Part shown: piece by piece, positions 1-14,169 of the stretch
Layout of the letters: each line of letters begins with the position of its first letter
How positions within the stretch are numbered: position 1 is the first letter of the stretch
Assembly (NCBI RefSeq): GCF_001194135.2
Contig: NC_068985.1
Span: 71,450,528 to 71,514,527 of the forward strand
Reading direction: 5' to 3'
Source: Octopus bimaculoides
Taxonomy: Eukaryota
Length of the DNA: 64,000 bases
Notes under the pieces: model-generated
The model's input: only the letters and a program-made list of their open reading frames with translations
What the model was told of the DNA's origin: nothing
Database searches by the model: none
Translations under genes and position numbers: made by a program

Positions 1-17
1 ATATATACATACATATG

Positions 18-48
<31 letters not shown>

Positions 49-1888
49 GTATATGTATATGTATGTATGTATGTATGTATGTTATGTATGTGTGCATGTA
101 TGCTCAAGAAGATACATACTTATTCCACAGAGTAATGACTCTTACCGAATACTTTTCACGGAAGTTCTCGACAAATGTTGGCGGAAAAACACACAAGAGA
201 ATTAACTTCTTATACAGTATAAAGAGTGATCTTACCCCGTTGCAAATTCCTCCTCAGTAGAACGTTTTAGTCAGCGTAAAAGAAGATACAATCCTTCGGT
301 GACCATCAATGTAAGGTTATTTATCATGCGGTGTGATATATAAAATTAGCCAGAACAGAGGAATCTACTGAAAAACTGATATATTTTATATCCAACTGGA
401 CAAATCATAACATCAATTGGAAGCTGAAACTTTTGAAGTCATTATTCCGAGTCTCTTGTTCCGATATTCTGATAATTCTATATAAAACAAAAAACGTGGA
501 ACATAAATATTGCATATAATAGATATGCAGGTGAGATCTTTGACTGTCATAACAAGTGATGATTGCTTAAATGGGAACAAAGAGGTTTTATTACTTGGAA
601 ATTAGGTAAGAGAAGATAAGGTTATGCAAAATGACATATCGTTATGAAAGAATTTCAAATGATATGAAAAAACATGCCTATATGTGTGAAGATATAAAAA
701 AAAGCAAAAGTGAAAAAAACACTGTAAAATCACTTATAAAAACAGTGTAAGTGAAACACGTCTAAACCTCATAAATTTCAAACACGGAGGCAATAAGCTC
801 TATACCGTTCAAAATATTCGAAATATTTCTGCAATCTTATTGCAGGTACATAATTATAAAATACATATTTTGAAGCATGCCTGCAACAACCCAACATCTC
901 AGACATTTCAGTTAAGGTATGAATATTCTGAATTAGAATAAAGAGCTTTTCACTTAGGCATAAATTAGTGAGTAAATTCGAATGAAAGCTGACGTATGCA
1001 TTTTAGGAAGACATGTTTAAGGATCGACCATTTAATTTTAAATGCCATCAGATTTGTTTATTTTAAAAACCAAAGATGCATGGAAAGGTTTGTTAGAAGT
1101 TATTTTTCTGATTCCTGAAATGAATATGTTGCTAAAATCGTGCCATAAAGCAATCCTGATCATTCAATATAAGCCTTTACTTTCTTGCTATTATCTGGTT
1201 CTACCTTAGTGCAATATTCTAAGGCTTTAAAAAGACAATTAACCTTAAGGGGGCAATTGTTTGCGACAAAGAAACGACCAGAAAGAGAAGTGAATATATT
1301 ATTCTCTTTGGAAATTCTTTCGGAATTTAAAAGGTTAATTTAAATGGAAATTCTTTGTGAGTTTATATCCTTTTCTTTTTACAGCAGGAATTTCTCTTTA
1401 AAATCTTAGAACAGGTTCACCAGAAATGAATAGAAGTTTAGATGTAGGAAAAATTTGCCGTCATTTCAAATGCAGAAGCGATATGCATATAAACATCTAT
1501 CCAACACGCGCGCGCACTCACACACACACACGCGCACACGCACGCGTATAATGTAATTAGTATTGTTAAGTACAACAAAATACTTTCTAATGGTGAACTT
1601 CTCACGGTTTATACAGCCAGTTTAGCCAATTATATAGGTTGCTATGGTGTAAGTTGGAACCCCAGTGAATGTATATATTCATAATCGCAAACATTTTAAC
1701 GTCCATTCTTCCATACTTGCATGGGTTATATGGAATTCGTTAAGACAAATTTTGTGCGATTGGATGAACTTCCGGCTTCCAAGACCGGGAATGTTTTACA
1801 CTGCAGATTAGAAATGAGCAGCACAGTAGTTACGAGGATAACGCTCGTCTACAAATAACTCACGTGACCTGGAATGAAGAACACACAC

Positions 1889-1930
<42 letters not shown>

Positions 1931-1959
1931 ATACAAAGAATATATATACATGTATACAC

Positions 1960-2062
1960 ACATATATGTACATACTTACATCTACATGTGTATATACATG
2001 CATATCAGGGTACAGGACGTTAGAACAATAAACTACAGACAACGGAACGAACACATAGGAAA
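1960..2062. repeat. Partial copy of an unclassified interspersed repeat marked by GCATATNWGGGTACAGGAC; runs into an assembly gap
   Basis: ACATCTACATGTG...GCATATCAGGGTACAGGACGT matches blocks at ~31955-32000, 32921-33225 and 61050-61410. Confidence 0.6.
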
Positions 2063-2569
2063 NNNNNNNNNNNNNNNNNNNNNNNNNNNNNNNNNNNNNN
2101 NNNNNNNNNNNNNNNNNNNNNNNNNNNNNNNNNNNNNNNNNNNNNNNNNNNNNNNNNNNNNNNNNNNNNNNNNNNNNNNNNNNNNNNNNNNNNNNNNNNN
2201 NNNNNNNNNNNNATATAAATTGAAAATGTGCTATGAGTATAATAGAATAAAATCCTATATAAACCAAACTAATAGTTAAAAAAATAGAGAAGAGATGTTA
2301 AAAGTTTTTATAAATTCTTAGTCCATACGATCGTTTCGAATGATAATACTGCCATGTAAGAAAACAGGGAAAAAAATTAAATAAATTATTATAATAATTA
2401 AAAACTCTAGCCTAAGGTGTTACGAAATGGGACTGAACTTGAAATCACGTGACTGAGAAACGAATTTTTTAACTACATAGCCATGCCTAGCTATAAATGG
2501 CTGTTATTCCACAAAGAGCTTCACCTTTAATAATCTTCAGAAGAATCGGCTTGATTATATGTGGTAAGT

Positions 2570-2830
2570 GGAGGTGCGTGGCTTAGTGGTTAGTGTATAC
2601 ACTCATGATTGATAGATTGAGGTTTCGATTTCTGGACTGGGCAGTGCGTTGTGTTTTTGAGCAAAACACTTCATTTCTTATTGCTTCAATCCACTCAGCT
2701 GGGAAAATGATTAATTCCGTGATGGAGCGTCGTCTTGTCCACTGTGGGAAATATGTAAACCACAGAATCCGAGAAACCGGCTTTATGTCTCGGATGGACC
2801 TCTATGGCTCAGGAAGGACCTCTGACCCTT
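2570..2830 (+). mobile_element. tRNA-derived SINE with CORE-like central domain (family D-type head)
   Basis: Head GGAGGTGCGTGGCTTAGTGGTTAG (A-box-like), GGTTTCGATTTC (B-box-like), then TTGAGCAAAACACTTCATTTC...CCACTCAGCTG. Head and core are shared with 24811-25121, 39791-40126 and 58229-58490. Confidence 0.75.
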
Positions 2831-3439
2831 TTCTGTTTTCATTTTTGTTGTGAGCACATGACAAGGTTGGCCGTTCGAATTCCATTCACACTCCAGCTGT
2901 AGAGCTCCTCTGAGCTTTCGCGTTGTAAGATTAACCCAGAATTTTGTGACGACAAATTAAACATCGTAAATATTCAACCAAGCCATGTGAACGTATGTGC
3001 ATCGAACACAACTACACTCTGCATAGCTACATAGATATAGTGAAAAGTACACACACATAAGCGCGCGCACTGAATGTGCTCACAAGCCACAAATATATAC
3101 CATAGATCAAACATACCAACAGCTACAGAGACATACATTCATACGGAGATACATACAATTATGTGGAATATAAAGAAACGTCAGGAGGTATGAGATGAAT
3201 ATATTTATTTCACCAGATGATATCCATAGGATGACGGCCGTTTCACAGCCAACATTATGCAAAAGTAATTTGTTTTAGTGCATAATAAATTACTTTTTAT
3301 GCCTGCACTAGTGTGTATGTTATAAATTGCATAGTACTATTGTACGAATCAAGTCAAATATAGAATTATATATGCAGGTATACAATTATATAGATGTAGA
3401 TACTGATAGATGTATATATACACAGAAACGCTAACTGAC

Positions 3440-3986
3440 GCATTTACTTACAGAAAGACATTGACACATGTCTGCATGCACACAAAAATATATAATGCAA
3501 GCACACACACACATTCACATACATAGACATATGCATAAAACACACAAATACATTCACATGCACATACCCAGGTAGATACAAACACACATATATACACATA
3601 GACACATATATATACACGCAGCTATACATGAACATGCACAAACAAATAAGCAAGTATTTACACACACACACATTGTGATACATAGATAAACACAGACACA
3701 AACATCTACACGCAAACGCACTCGTACAGATATAAATATACAATTACATACATAGATACACATATATGCTGACGCTCACATTCGCATGCAATACTATGCA
3801 AAAACAGCGTACACAAATATACACACATATACTATATGTAAGCATATGCGGTCAGTTACATACAAAGACGCACATTCATATTTATATGCACATTCACACA
3901 GGGGCAGATACACACTATAGACATAAAGGAATTACATAGGCGCTACATATGTTTACGTACACACGCATATAGATAGATAGATAGAC

Positions 3987-4056
<70 letters not shown>

Positions 4057-4183
4057 GCAGACAGGCAGACAGACAGGCAGACAGACAGACAGACAGACAC
4101 ACAGACAGATAGAGAGAGAGAGATAAGCAGAGAGACAGAGAAATAGAGAGAGAGAGAGAGAGATAGGATAGATATATATATAT

Positions 4184-4249
<66 letters not shown>

Positions 4250-4316
4250 GGATAGATAGATAGATAGGTAGATTACGTACATGCAAACACACAATTACAT
4301 ATTTACGTTCTCATAG

Positions 4317-4350
<34 letters not shown>
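3440..4350. repeat. Compound microsatellite field: (CA/TA)n, (AGAT)n, (AGAC)n, (AG)n. Similar fields lie at 15620-16000, 16440-16570, 17130-17660, 23470-23750, 31760-32090 and 62613-62880
   Basis: Direct reading; these fields account for most entries in the ORF track. Confidence 0.95.
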
Positions 4351-4351
<1 letters not shown>

Positions 4352-4737
4352 CATAATTTCATTAATAAACAGATATATTCGATGCACATCCACTTGTATA
4401 GACACACAGCGCCATATTCCCCTTCCATACGCCACCGACATCAATCATCTCCCGGCGGCACTCCCGCTGTTTCAGTTCTACTCTGTAAGGATGGCCTCTT
4501 AATTATAGGGATGTGGTTATGTGATTCATAGTATGGAGGCACGCAAGACGGACGACACGTCATCAAGTCTGCATCATATTTGATGGCAACGGCGGCGATG
4601 GAGGAGGGGGGGGGGAGAAAGAGCAGGTGAGGATGAGGTGGGTTTTGCAAGGTGGTAAGATGGTGACGTGGGTGAGAGCGATTGGGTGGGTGGAAGGAAT
4701 CACAGATATGGCAGCCTGTGGTGCGGTNNNNNNNNNN

Positions 4738-4793
<56 letters not shown>

Positions 4794-4904
4794 GTGTGTG
4801 TGCGCGCGTTTGGTGACATGTGTAAAGTGTGCGGTGCGTGCAACAACTGAAATTGCAGGAACGACAGCAGCAGCAAATGCAATTGCATTAGCAACAATAT
4901 CTAC

Positions 4905-4964
4905 AATGTTGTGTTGTTGCCATGCTGTTGCTGTTGTTGTTGTTGTTGTTGTTGTTGCTGCTGC

Positions 4965-5028
<64 letters not shown>

Positions 5029-5085
5029 GCTGCTGCTGCTGTTGTTGTTATTCTTGTTGTTGCTGTTTGGTGTTGTTGTTGTTGC
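4905..5085. repeat. (GTT)n/(GCT)n trinucleotide tract; expanded tail of the adjacent minus-strand AAC-tailed retroposon
   Basis: Direct reading. It abuts GTTTAGCCCAAGG, the reverse complement of that family's 3' end. Confidence 0.9.
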
Positions 5086-6000
5086 TGTTTAGCCCAAGGT
5101 TAGTTCTGATAAACGTCTTTGATCATTACTTAGGTTGGATACGATCAAAGACGCTCAAATCATGACAATATTTCATATTATTTTCCCCAATGTAATTGTA
5201 TCCAAACAATTAGCCAATATATTCTTTTTCAAGTTGATACCTTTGTGGCTTGAGGATGATTTGGCTGCTATTTCGACGAGACCGAGTGATCATTTGTATT
5301 ATGACATCGTCTACTATAATTTACCAGCGAGGGAGCATCTACGAAGATGTAATACAAATAACAGCTAAATCTCCCTCAAATCACACCGAGCAGATTTTTT
5401 AAAAAGGAGCATATAGTATCACATAGATCTTAGTTCTCTGCATTTAAGGGAAAATTAGGGATTGTCGCTCAGGGATGGCTAAGCAACAACAACAACAACA
5501 ACAACCCTATCATCATCATCATCATCAACACAACAACAATCTAACAGTGATGCAACCAGATCTGTCTACTTCTATGAGATTGCTCACCAAAAATGTCAAC
5601 CAAATCCTCCTCTACTTACACCCTAACGTCTTAAAAATGGAGGACATGCAGTAAATGTATTCACACATGTGCAATATCCGAGGATAAAAATCGGGAAAGC
5701 CATGGATAGAACACTATTTATCATAGTTGTTTCCAATCAGCGCTTACCTGGTGTTAAAGAACACCAGCTACAACAAACGAATGAGCTGACGAGGGAGCCT
5801 CAACGTAGTCACTGAACTGCTAGTTATCGCTGCCAAATCTCCTTCAAATCACACTCTACTATCTTAAAGAAAGGGTATCTTTTAAAACAACGTAGTTTTC
5901 GGTCACAAACTGACGTGATGTTCAACGCTGAAACGTCTTTATATCACAGGTTTCTTTTCGATCAGGGCTGATCTTGACTAAACAACCGTTACAATAATAC
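5085..6000. mobile_element. Cluster of four AAC-tailed ~200-bp retroposon copies (one minus at 5085-5300, three plus)
   Basis: Recurring motifs CAGCYAAATCTCCCTCAAATCACAC, GATCATAGGTCTG and CTGACCTGGGGCTAAACAACAAC, each degenerate. Confidence 0.7.
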
Positions 6001-7640
6001 ACAACGACAACGATATGCCTTACACATCCTACATACTTAAATAAGTACACTGGATAAACTATTTCAGACGTTTTTAATAGACTTGAACACCTCATATCAC
6101 AGGGCAGGGAGTATTTGGAAAGCTGTGGCGTAAATGGTTTTCCTAAGTGCTTTAGCAGTATAAAAGATGTACACTTGCATCAGCCGAAAATCGAAACCTA
6201 GGTAGCGAGGACTTGTTGCTTATTCTACAGTTGAGGGTGGCTGTGTTCGGCTCTGGGCAACCAGAATGAGCAAACCTCTAAATATAAGGGGTATTATTTA
6301 TGATTACCTACTTTATTTTCAATGATAGTATATCAATGACCTCAACCGACAAGATGGTGTCTTGTAAAAAGATCACATAAAAACATGTCAGAAACCACCA
6401 GGAGTCGTTCGTCGACTAGACAGTGTGTTTTTCCTTTCCTTGCAGGTCTAGAACCTTTTTTGACATATTTCATATTTGAGCGCAAGTGATAGGGTCTCCT
6501 ACCATTGCTCTAGGAGATCACTTGACTTGGTAAAAAGGCAGCGAAATCTTCCTCAAATTTTACCTCACTGATAGTTTACCAAACTTTTTACATTGGTGAC
6601 ACACTTTTTAAACAGTTTCGTGATGCATTGATTTTTGTTATCAATCAAATATTGCATCATAGGTCATAAGTCACGTGTTTAATTGTACACAGATCTTAAA
6701 TATACTTCACAGCTAAATATCCTTGAAAATTGATCAAATTTGATTTAATTTCGATAAACCCTAATGTGTCGCAACTCACACGTTAAAAACTTCAACCTTT
6801 CTAACTGCAAAATAACACGTAGGATAATGTAGTCCACGGTATGAAATAATTCAAACTGATTATAGCTGAAGCGATTTTCATCATATGTTTGCCGTATCAG
6901 GTTAACCTGGGACTAAACAACAACAAACATGTTGATTTATCCTTTTTTTATATACTTGATTCAGTCTTTAGACTACGGCCATGCTGTGACACCATTTTGA
7001 AGAGTTTTAGTCGAATTAATCGACGCCAGTACCTATTTTCTTTTTGTTGTAACTCATGTTGAAGTAGAAGAATGGTTTCAAATCGAATTGAATTGAGATT
7101 TGAAATTTCTGAGGTCAAAGAACTTGGCCACAAGAAGTGTGACTCGGATAAGTTTGATTAATTTGTGTTGCATTTAACATATGATTCCACGCCGAAACGA
7201 TGCTTTTTCTAGGCGTGTTGGGTTATTTCCATTCCTTCATAGATTAAGTTGGTATTTGATCCAGATAGATGCGTAGTAAGTAGTCATTGCTTTTGTTTCA
7301 AAAGAATCCTGCACTGCACTATTATATTATTTGTGTTATTGTAAGCGCAATACTTTCATTTAGTTTAAGAAAAAAGTATCTGATAGATTTTGTTGTTTTA
7401 CTAACTTCGTACTAACCCACCGGTTTTTGAACGATGCTACAACCATCACAAATATACGCTTCGAAGCACAGTTAAAAGAGACACAGCGTTGTCAAGCGGT
7501 ACCAGAACATGAAAGCCAGNNNNNNNNNNNNNNNNNNNNNNNNNNNNNNNNNNNNNNNNNNNNNNNNNNNNNNNNNNNNNNNNNNNNNNNNNNNNNNCAT
7601 GCGTATGTGCGTGTGTGTGTGTGTGCTTATGCGTGTGATT

Positions 7641-7684
<44 letters not shown>

Positions 7685-8326
7685 CTCACACACACACACA
7701 CTAGCACAAATATACATATGGACACATACATATATTTATCATTGTTTTGCTGACAGCAACTTTTGAAGTTTCACCAGTGGTGTCTTATGCAGTTCGAATA
7801 TGCTATAAGCCAGGTAACTTTGAATTCACTATCAACGAAATAATACAGAAATATATTCTACATTGTATTGACTCCTTTATTTATTCAGTCGGTGTCTGCT
7901 GTCTTTATGCGTTTACAGTCCCTTATCTTGAACTGTGTGATGTATGATAAGGATATGTGTGTGCAAACACACTCGCGTGCGTACTCCTGTATGTATGTGT
8001 GCGTGTATGTATCAACGGAGAAAGACAGAATTGATTCAGCTATAAAATACAGTCAAGCATTTGGATACTTCCCTTGCAGGATCGATAAAATAATATCTGA
8101 CAAAGGATCGAATGCAATATATCCGACTAAAATCTCTGAAAGTATAAAAAAAAAAAACAGACTGGGTCCTTTATGACTGTGAAGTTCTAATACCATGCTA
8201 CTAATTGTTCAAATTAACTTGGTATAGAATTTGCTCTATCTGCCCCGTTCTCTCTCTCTCTCTCTNNNNNNNNNNNNNNNNNNNNNNNNNNNNNNNNNNN
8301 NNNNNNNNNNNNNNNNNNNNNNNNNN

Positions 8327-8417
<91 letters not shown>

Positions 8418-10015
8418 CTATCTATTTATCTATCTATATTATTTATCTATCTGTTTATTTATTTATCATGAAATAAATACCAATAATATAATTGTGTATG
8501 TATAATTGTCTTTATATCACATTCAGAAAATGAAGCTTTACCCCTTGCTAAAAAATTTCTTGTTTTAATTCATGCGTTGCAGAATCGGTTGAGCGCTTGA
8601 CAAAAAGCCTTTAGTTATTTGGCTTCTGTTCGTTCACTATCTGAGTCAAAATCCCACCAAGGTCAACGGTGCTTTTATCGAACCCGAAAAGAGAACCATC
8701 ATTTTTTGAAATATAATCGGTTACCTTTGAAAATTTGTACTACATCGCCACAACCCAATGTCTAAAACTAGAAAATGAAAGTAAAAACCCATACAAACAC
8801 ACTCACACACACACACAGACACATGCATATAAATGTGTGTGTGTTAAAGACGAATCTGTATGAATGTGGGTCCATAGGATGTTTGCGTGCATATATATAT
8901 CAATAAATATCGCATATATGTTTTCACACTCACTCCTATTGATGCATTCAGTGACAAATACATGTGGAGGTAGGGGAGTGAGAGACTCAATGAAATGTGT
9001 GAACTAAGAATATATATCAATGTCTATGGTTATGCATGTATGTATGTGTCATCACACCTATGCCCACGCCTACCAATCTTTTATAACACATAAATATATA
9101 TATTCTGTTCATATACATGCACACACACACACACACACATACATATGTTAAATTATATACATACATATACTTATAAATACATATATTTCTTTATATACGT
9201 GTGACTATACATGTATGTGAACACGCGTGTCCTCGTCCGAGCGTGTATGCTTCATCAAACATACATTTACACGCCTACTGACCTCTTCTAGAGCACACAC
9301 AGACACACACATGTAATAATGAGTGAGTGTAGTTGATAAAAGCAAGCCACCCATTACTTTAGCAGAGCCCAAACCTACTCACGGTCAATAAACTATGTAC
9401 ACCCGATTAGCTTTCTCTGCCATCCTATCGACACAACTTTGGTGTGGGACCATCTTTACAACAAAATTGTTGAAGCGACAGTAAAAGGCGACAGCTGGCC
9501 AGGTGATAGCTGTCCGCACGTTTTATTTACACATGAATTATTTTCTTCTAACTGGACAGTTACACAGAAAAAAATAAGAGTTTACAAAAGATATGGCGGC
9601 CATTTTACTACTTGATAATTTATTAATATTATTATTATTGTTATTATTATCATTTTACTTCATTATAAAATGTTATTTTATTCATTTTGAAATGTTATTT
9701 TGTTAGAATTGTGTACCAATGTGCAAAATGTCTTCCAGGTTATTTTATTCTATATCATATAAGTATGTATGTATGTATGTATTATGTATATATATATATA
9801 TATTCTGGGTTCTAATCCCACAGAGGTCAACTTTGTCTTTTATCCTTCTCTATCTCGAGTACATAAAGTAAAATACAATTATTTAATATCGTCATTAAAA
9901 TTAACTGACTATATCCTTAAAAACGGTAAACCGACATGAGTGGAACAAGTAAAAGACAAAAGAAACACACAAGCGCACACTGTTGTGGTGAGGGTCGATT
10001 CTTGCGGTGGCGCAG

Positions 10016-10058
<43 letters not shown>

Positions 10059-10769
10059 CTCTTTCACCTTTTAATTTTAGGGTCACTTTTGACCGGCCAC
10101 TTACATGGCACCAAGGTTGTCAAAGAAACTATCTTCTTTTAACCATCATCTTTTAAATCTTAAAAAGGTCTTGCAGATTTTTATGGTCCCAGGTATCATG
10201 ATCATTTGTAGCATATGAATTAAGGATTTGCATTCTTTCTCCAAGATGTCAAGTTCAGTTATACTTTGCTCCAGACGGGTTGTATCGTGTTGCTCCAATA
10301 ATAATAAGTATGAAGCTGAACGTTTATCTTGGGTATGTATGTATGTATGTAGGTAAAGGGTGGCACACGAAAAAGTAGCTCGTGTTTCATAGCATAATGT
10401 AAATACAGAAATAAATTTAGTTGATCTCTGCCTGGTCGCTAAAACGGCTAAAAAAAAGCAGCCAGATCTCCATCAAATCTCATTCTCATGTCTTTAAAAA
10501 GGCCATGTTCGATTATGTGGTCCTAGGCACCATGCATTAAATAGACTGAAGAAAGTTACACTAAATATGCTTTGCTGCATTTAGTTACGTCTCTTTTTGT
10601 TGTTCAATCAAATCTTGTGGAGGCTCACTTTATGCTCCATTCTTCCAAGACCGATAACATAAAATACCAGTTAAAATAAAAATATGATCGCTATAATTGA
10701 CGATTCCTTTTCCTAAATACGACTAACCTTGTATCAATATCACAATGACAGTCTGAAAAGGAGGCTAAC

Positions 10770-10946
10770 AAAATGATAGTTGATTATCTCCCTTTAAATT
10801 CCAAGTTCAAATATCGCCGAGGTCAACTTCACCTTTCATCATTTTGAGGTCGATAGAATAAAGTACCACTCAATTACTGCGGTCGATGTAATCGACTTGC
10901 TACTGCCCGAAAGTTGATGGCCTTGTGCCAAAACTAGGAATTATTA

Positions 10947-10991
<45 letters not shown>

Positions 10992-11185
10992 GAAAGGCGG
11001 TGAGCTGTCAGAATCGTTAGCATGCCTTACAAAATGCTTTAGCGGCAATTTCGTTCATCATTACTTTCTGAGTTCAAATTCCGCTGAAGCCAACTTTGCT
11101 TTTCATCCTTTCGGAGTGGATAGAACCAGTCAAGTAATTGTCTACCCCACTTCCCCGCAAAAATTTCAGGCCTAGTGCTTATATT
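10770..11185 (+). mobile_element. Two tandem family B SINEs (Meta/MESC-like central domain) separated by (ATT)n
   Basis: GAGGTCAACTT...CTTTCATC...GGTCGAT...AAGTACCA and GGCGGTGAGCTG.CAGAATCGTTAGC head. The domain name is from recall of MetaSINE/MESC consensus. Confidence 0.75.
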
Positions 11186-12524
11186 AGAACGGATTATTGT
11201 TATTATCATCACCGTGTATTCCACGCTTTGTTGCGATTCCTGCTGCACTACGAGGTTCCCAAGATGTGTGCACCATTGTGCTTTGGCGAATTGTATTTGC
11301 ATTCTGCATTAGTTTTGTTTTGTTGAATAACTTGTTTTCTTTTTTTTTTTCTGATGTTACTTGAAAGTGTTGTTTGCAGATACTCAAAGTAGGCGGTAGG
11401 CATTAATAAACTGTCAATGAAAAGACCTTATCACTTATTCATATGTATATATGTTTGTATGCATGTATGTTTGTATATATGCAGGCATGTATGTATGTAT
11501 ATATAAATATATATATATATAATGTGTGTGTTTGCGTGTGTGTGCACACACGCACACACATATATATGTTAGTATGTATGAGTTATAGATATCATACGGA
11601 TACGAATAAATATAATTACACATACACACACACATATGTACATACATACACAGCATAGTTGATAACGTGAATATTTATAAATACAACTGCATAAAATATA
11701 CAATTATGTGTATCCACCATGAACACACATACACATGCACACACACACACACACGCACACACACACACACACACTCACTCACACAGGCGCTTGTAATATA
11801 CATACAAGTACAGTATATTCAAGTATTAATGTTTTATACTCTAACATGAAATATAAATGCTTTTTAAAATTAGCTCAATCAGCAAAAGCAAACATAGGCT
11901 CTTTAAAACACACGCACGCTCCTTGTACTGCTAATGATACTTAAAAGAGAGAGATTAACATCTGCATCATGACAACTATATACTTTTTTATACCTTTTTA
12001 TGTAGCTGAACTTCTGGCACTTATTCTGTATATTTAACTTGAAAGACAACGGAAATTACGCATGTCTAGTATTCATATATTAACCAATTACTGAATTACA
12101 CACTGAATTCAAGTCATTAAATCAGCATTTTGTTTTCTTTCTATATATATATATATATATATAATTGATTGGAAATAATTTACTTTTTATATTTATAAAT
12201 TAATATTTATGGTCTTAATCTGAGTAGGCACTAGCCTACCTTCTCTAACCAGATGGCACGTTCTTCGCTTTTAGAATTTCACATGTACTTTTTTTTTTTG
12301 CAGAATATGCTTTTGTAAGTTGTGTTTTGTTGGATGCTGATTGTATTTCGGTTTTGTTCAATATATATTTTTTTTTTATATATATTAAGTGGTGCTATGT
12401 TTTTATATTGGGATGTGATGTTTGGTTTGCGTGATATTGGATGGTGATTGTGCAAAATGCGTGTAGTTTAGATTTTCATGTAGAGTATTATATTGTAGAA
12501 TACGTGTAGTTATTATTTTTTTTT

Positions 12525-12873
12525 TTATTCTTTCATCTTGATTCAGTCATTTGACTACGACCATACTGAAGCACCGTCTTGAAGGGTTTTACTCAAACAA
12601 ATCGACTCCGGGAGTCTTTTAAAGCCTAATACTTATTCTATCGTCTCTTTTTGCCTAACCGCTAAGTTATGGGGGACGCAGACACACCAGCACCGGATAT
12701 CAAGCGGTGGTAGTAGGACAAACATAGAGTAGAAAGACACACGCATAGATATATACATATATATTTACGTGTGTGTGTGTGTGTGTACCTGGCTTCTTTC
12801 AGTTTCCGTCTACCAAATCTACTCACAAGGCTTTGGTTGGCCTGAAGCTATAGTAGAAGACACTTGCCCATGG
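12525..12873 (-). mobile_element. Family A SINE (internal TA/TG microsatellite), 5'-truncated
   Basis: Reverse complement matches 55876-56273 (GTAGACGGAAACTGAAAGAAG; CTTAGCGGTT.GGCAAAA; CAGTCAAATGACTGAA). Confidence 0.8.
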
Positions 12874-13122
12874 GGCAGAAAGTGTACTTCTTCTCGTCGA
12901 GTATTTTGTCTCCTTTATTTCATTAATGATTTTTTTTTTCATCCCAGGTCTCTAAAACAAGTACCAGTCATATAATGGAGACGATATAAAACACTGTTTC
13001 TTTCCTCACTCCATTATTTATTATATCGACTCCAGTACTTCACCGATTCTTTATTTCTTAGTCGCTAATAAGTTCAAAGATAAAATTGATGTTGGAATTT
13101 AACAAAAGTTATTGCCAACGAC

Positions 13123-13301
13123 CATGCCCGTTGTTAAAGGGCTGCAATGAACGGCACTGCCAACTCACTATTCACTGGTGCACCTTCAAATTTACAGTGT
13201 TATACTTATTTCGAAACTTCACGTTAGCATTATAACAAATTAGTGCCCACCCAGAATATTCTGAAGCACTTCCAGGCACCAAAGTATAGCGACGGGCGAT
13301 G
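13123..13301 (-). mobile_element. MITE with CAKGCCCGTC-type TIRs (copy 1 of 3)
   Basis: Starts CATGCCCGTTG and ends GCGACGGGCGATG; interior matches 45648-45803 and 46397-46574 on the opposite strand. Confidence 0.7.
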
Positions 13302-13319
13302 CCATTTAAACTAGAACAA

Positions 13320-13915
13320 ACCATCCCATGATAACCTCTACGTAGTCTCTCGTTTTGCCAGAAACAGAAGACAAATTTATTTTAAATCACATCCTAACAT
13401 CTTAAAAAAAGGTTTTATATAAAAAAAAAAAATGTATAACAGAGTTCCCTGCATATGAATTGTTACAGTTAGAATGCCTGATCAGTTTGACCAGAACTAA
13501 CCTGGTGCTAAACAACAACAATAGCGAAAGCTACTAAGAGCTAAACTCAGAGATTTGATGCCCTTCGCTCGATTTGCAAGGAAAAAAACCCAGACCTGGG
13601 GTTAGAATACGTTAGATAATGTAATGAAGGATACGCAAGGTGTGGGATGATTACGACTCAAGTACCTTTAATCAAAGATCAGCTCAATTAGGGTGAACGT
13701 AAGGTTACCATCAGACAACTAGGGATCCTCTATACGATCGGTTGACTTGTTAAAAACAGCAGTTAAATCTCCATCGAATTACACTCAACCATCTGCAAAA
13801 AACAGAACACATGGGAGAATCTTGTCTATAGATAGAACATAAAACGGAATGGTCACGATTAGAACGCATTTAATCATAGGTCTGCACGACCAGGGTTGAT
13901 CTTGGGTCAAAACTA
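13320..13915 (+). mobile_element. Three tandem AAC-tailed retroposon copies
   Basis: ACCTCTACGTAGTC...CCTGGTGCTAAACAACAAC at 13320-13525, a tail half at ~13590-13700 and a third copy at 13725-13915. Confidence 0.65.
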
Positions 13916-14121
13916 CGACGGTGGCACACTCCATGTGCCACTGAGGTGAATGGTTTACGAGGCTACATGAGGTTTTTGTTCAGTGAAATAATTACTAGCA
14001 GTATATAAACTGTGATAAGTGGTTACATACAGAGATAAGTGGCCAGTTTAACGTGTTTATTTTGTTTTGTCTGTGTGTCTGTCAGACCACCTGACATGCA
14101 CTCTCTCTCTCTCTCACTTTC

Positions 14122-14169
<48 letters not shown>

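Noticed and set aside
250-700. Possible very old RTE RT fragment (KLARTEES...WTNHNINWKLKLLKSL)
   Set aside because: Only vague similarity, and the diagnostic YLG and LLYGCETW motifs are missing; not supportable without a profile search.
4627-5165. Long ORFs such as poly-Val/poly-Cys at 4627-5165, 23424-23969 and all X-rich ORFs
   Set aside because: They are translations of microsatellites or N gaps; absence of stops follows from the repeat unit.
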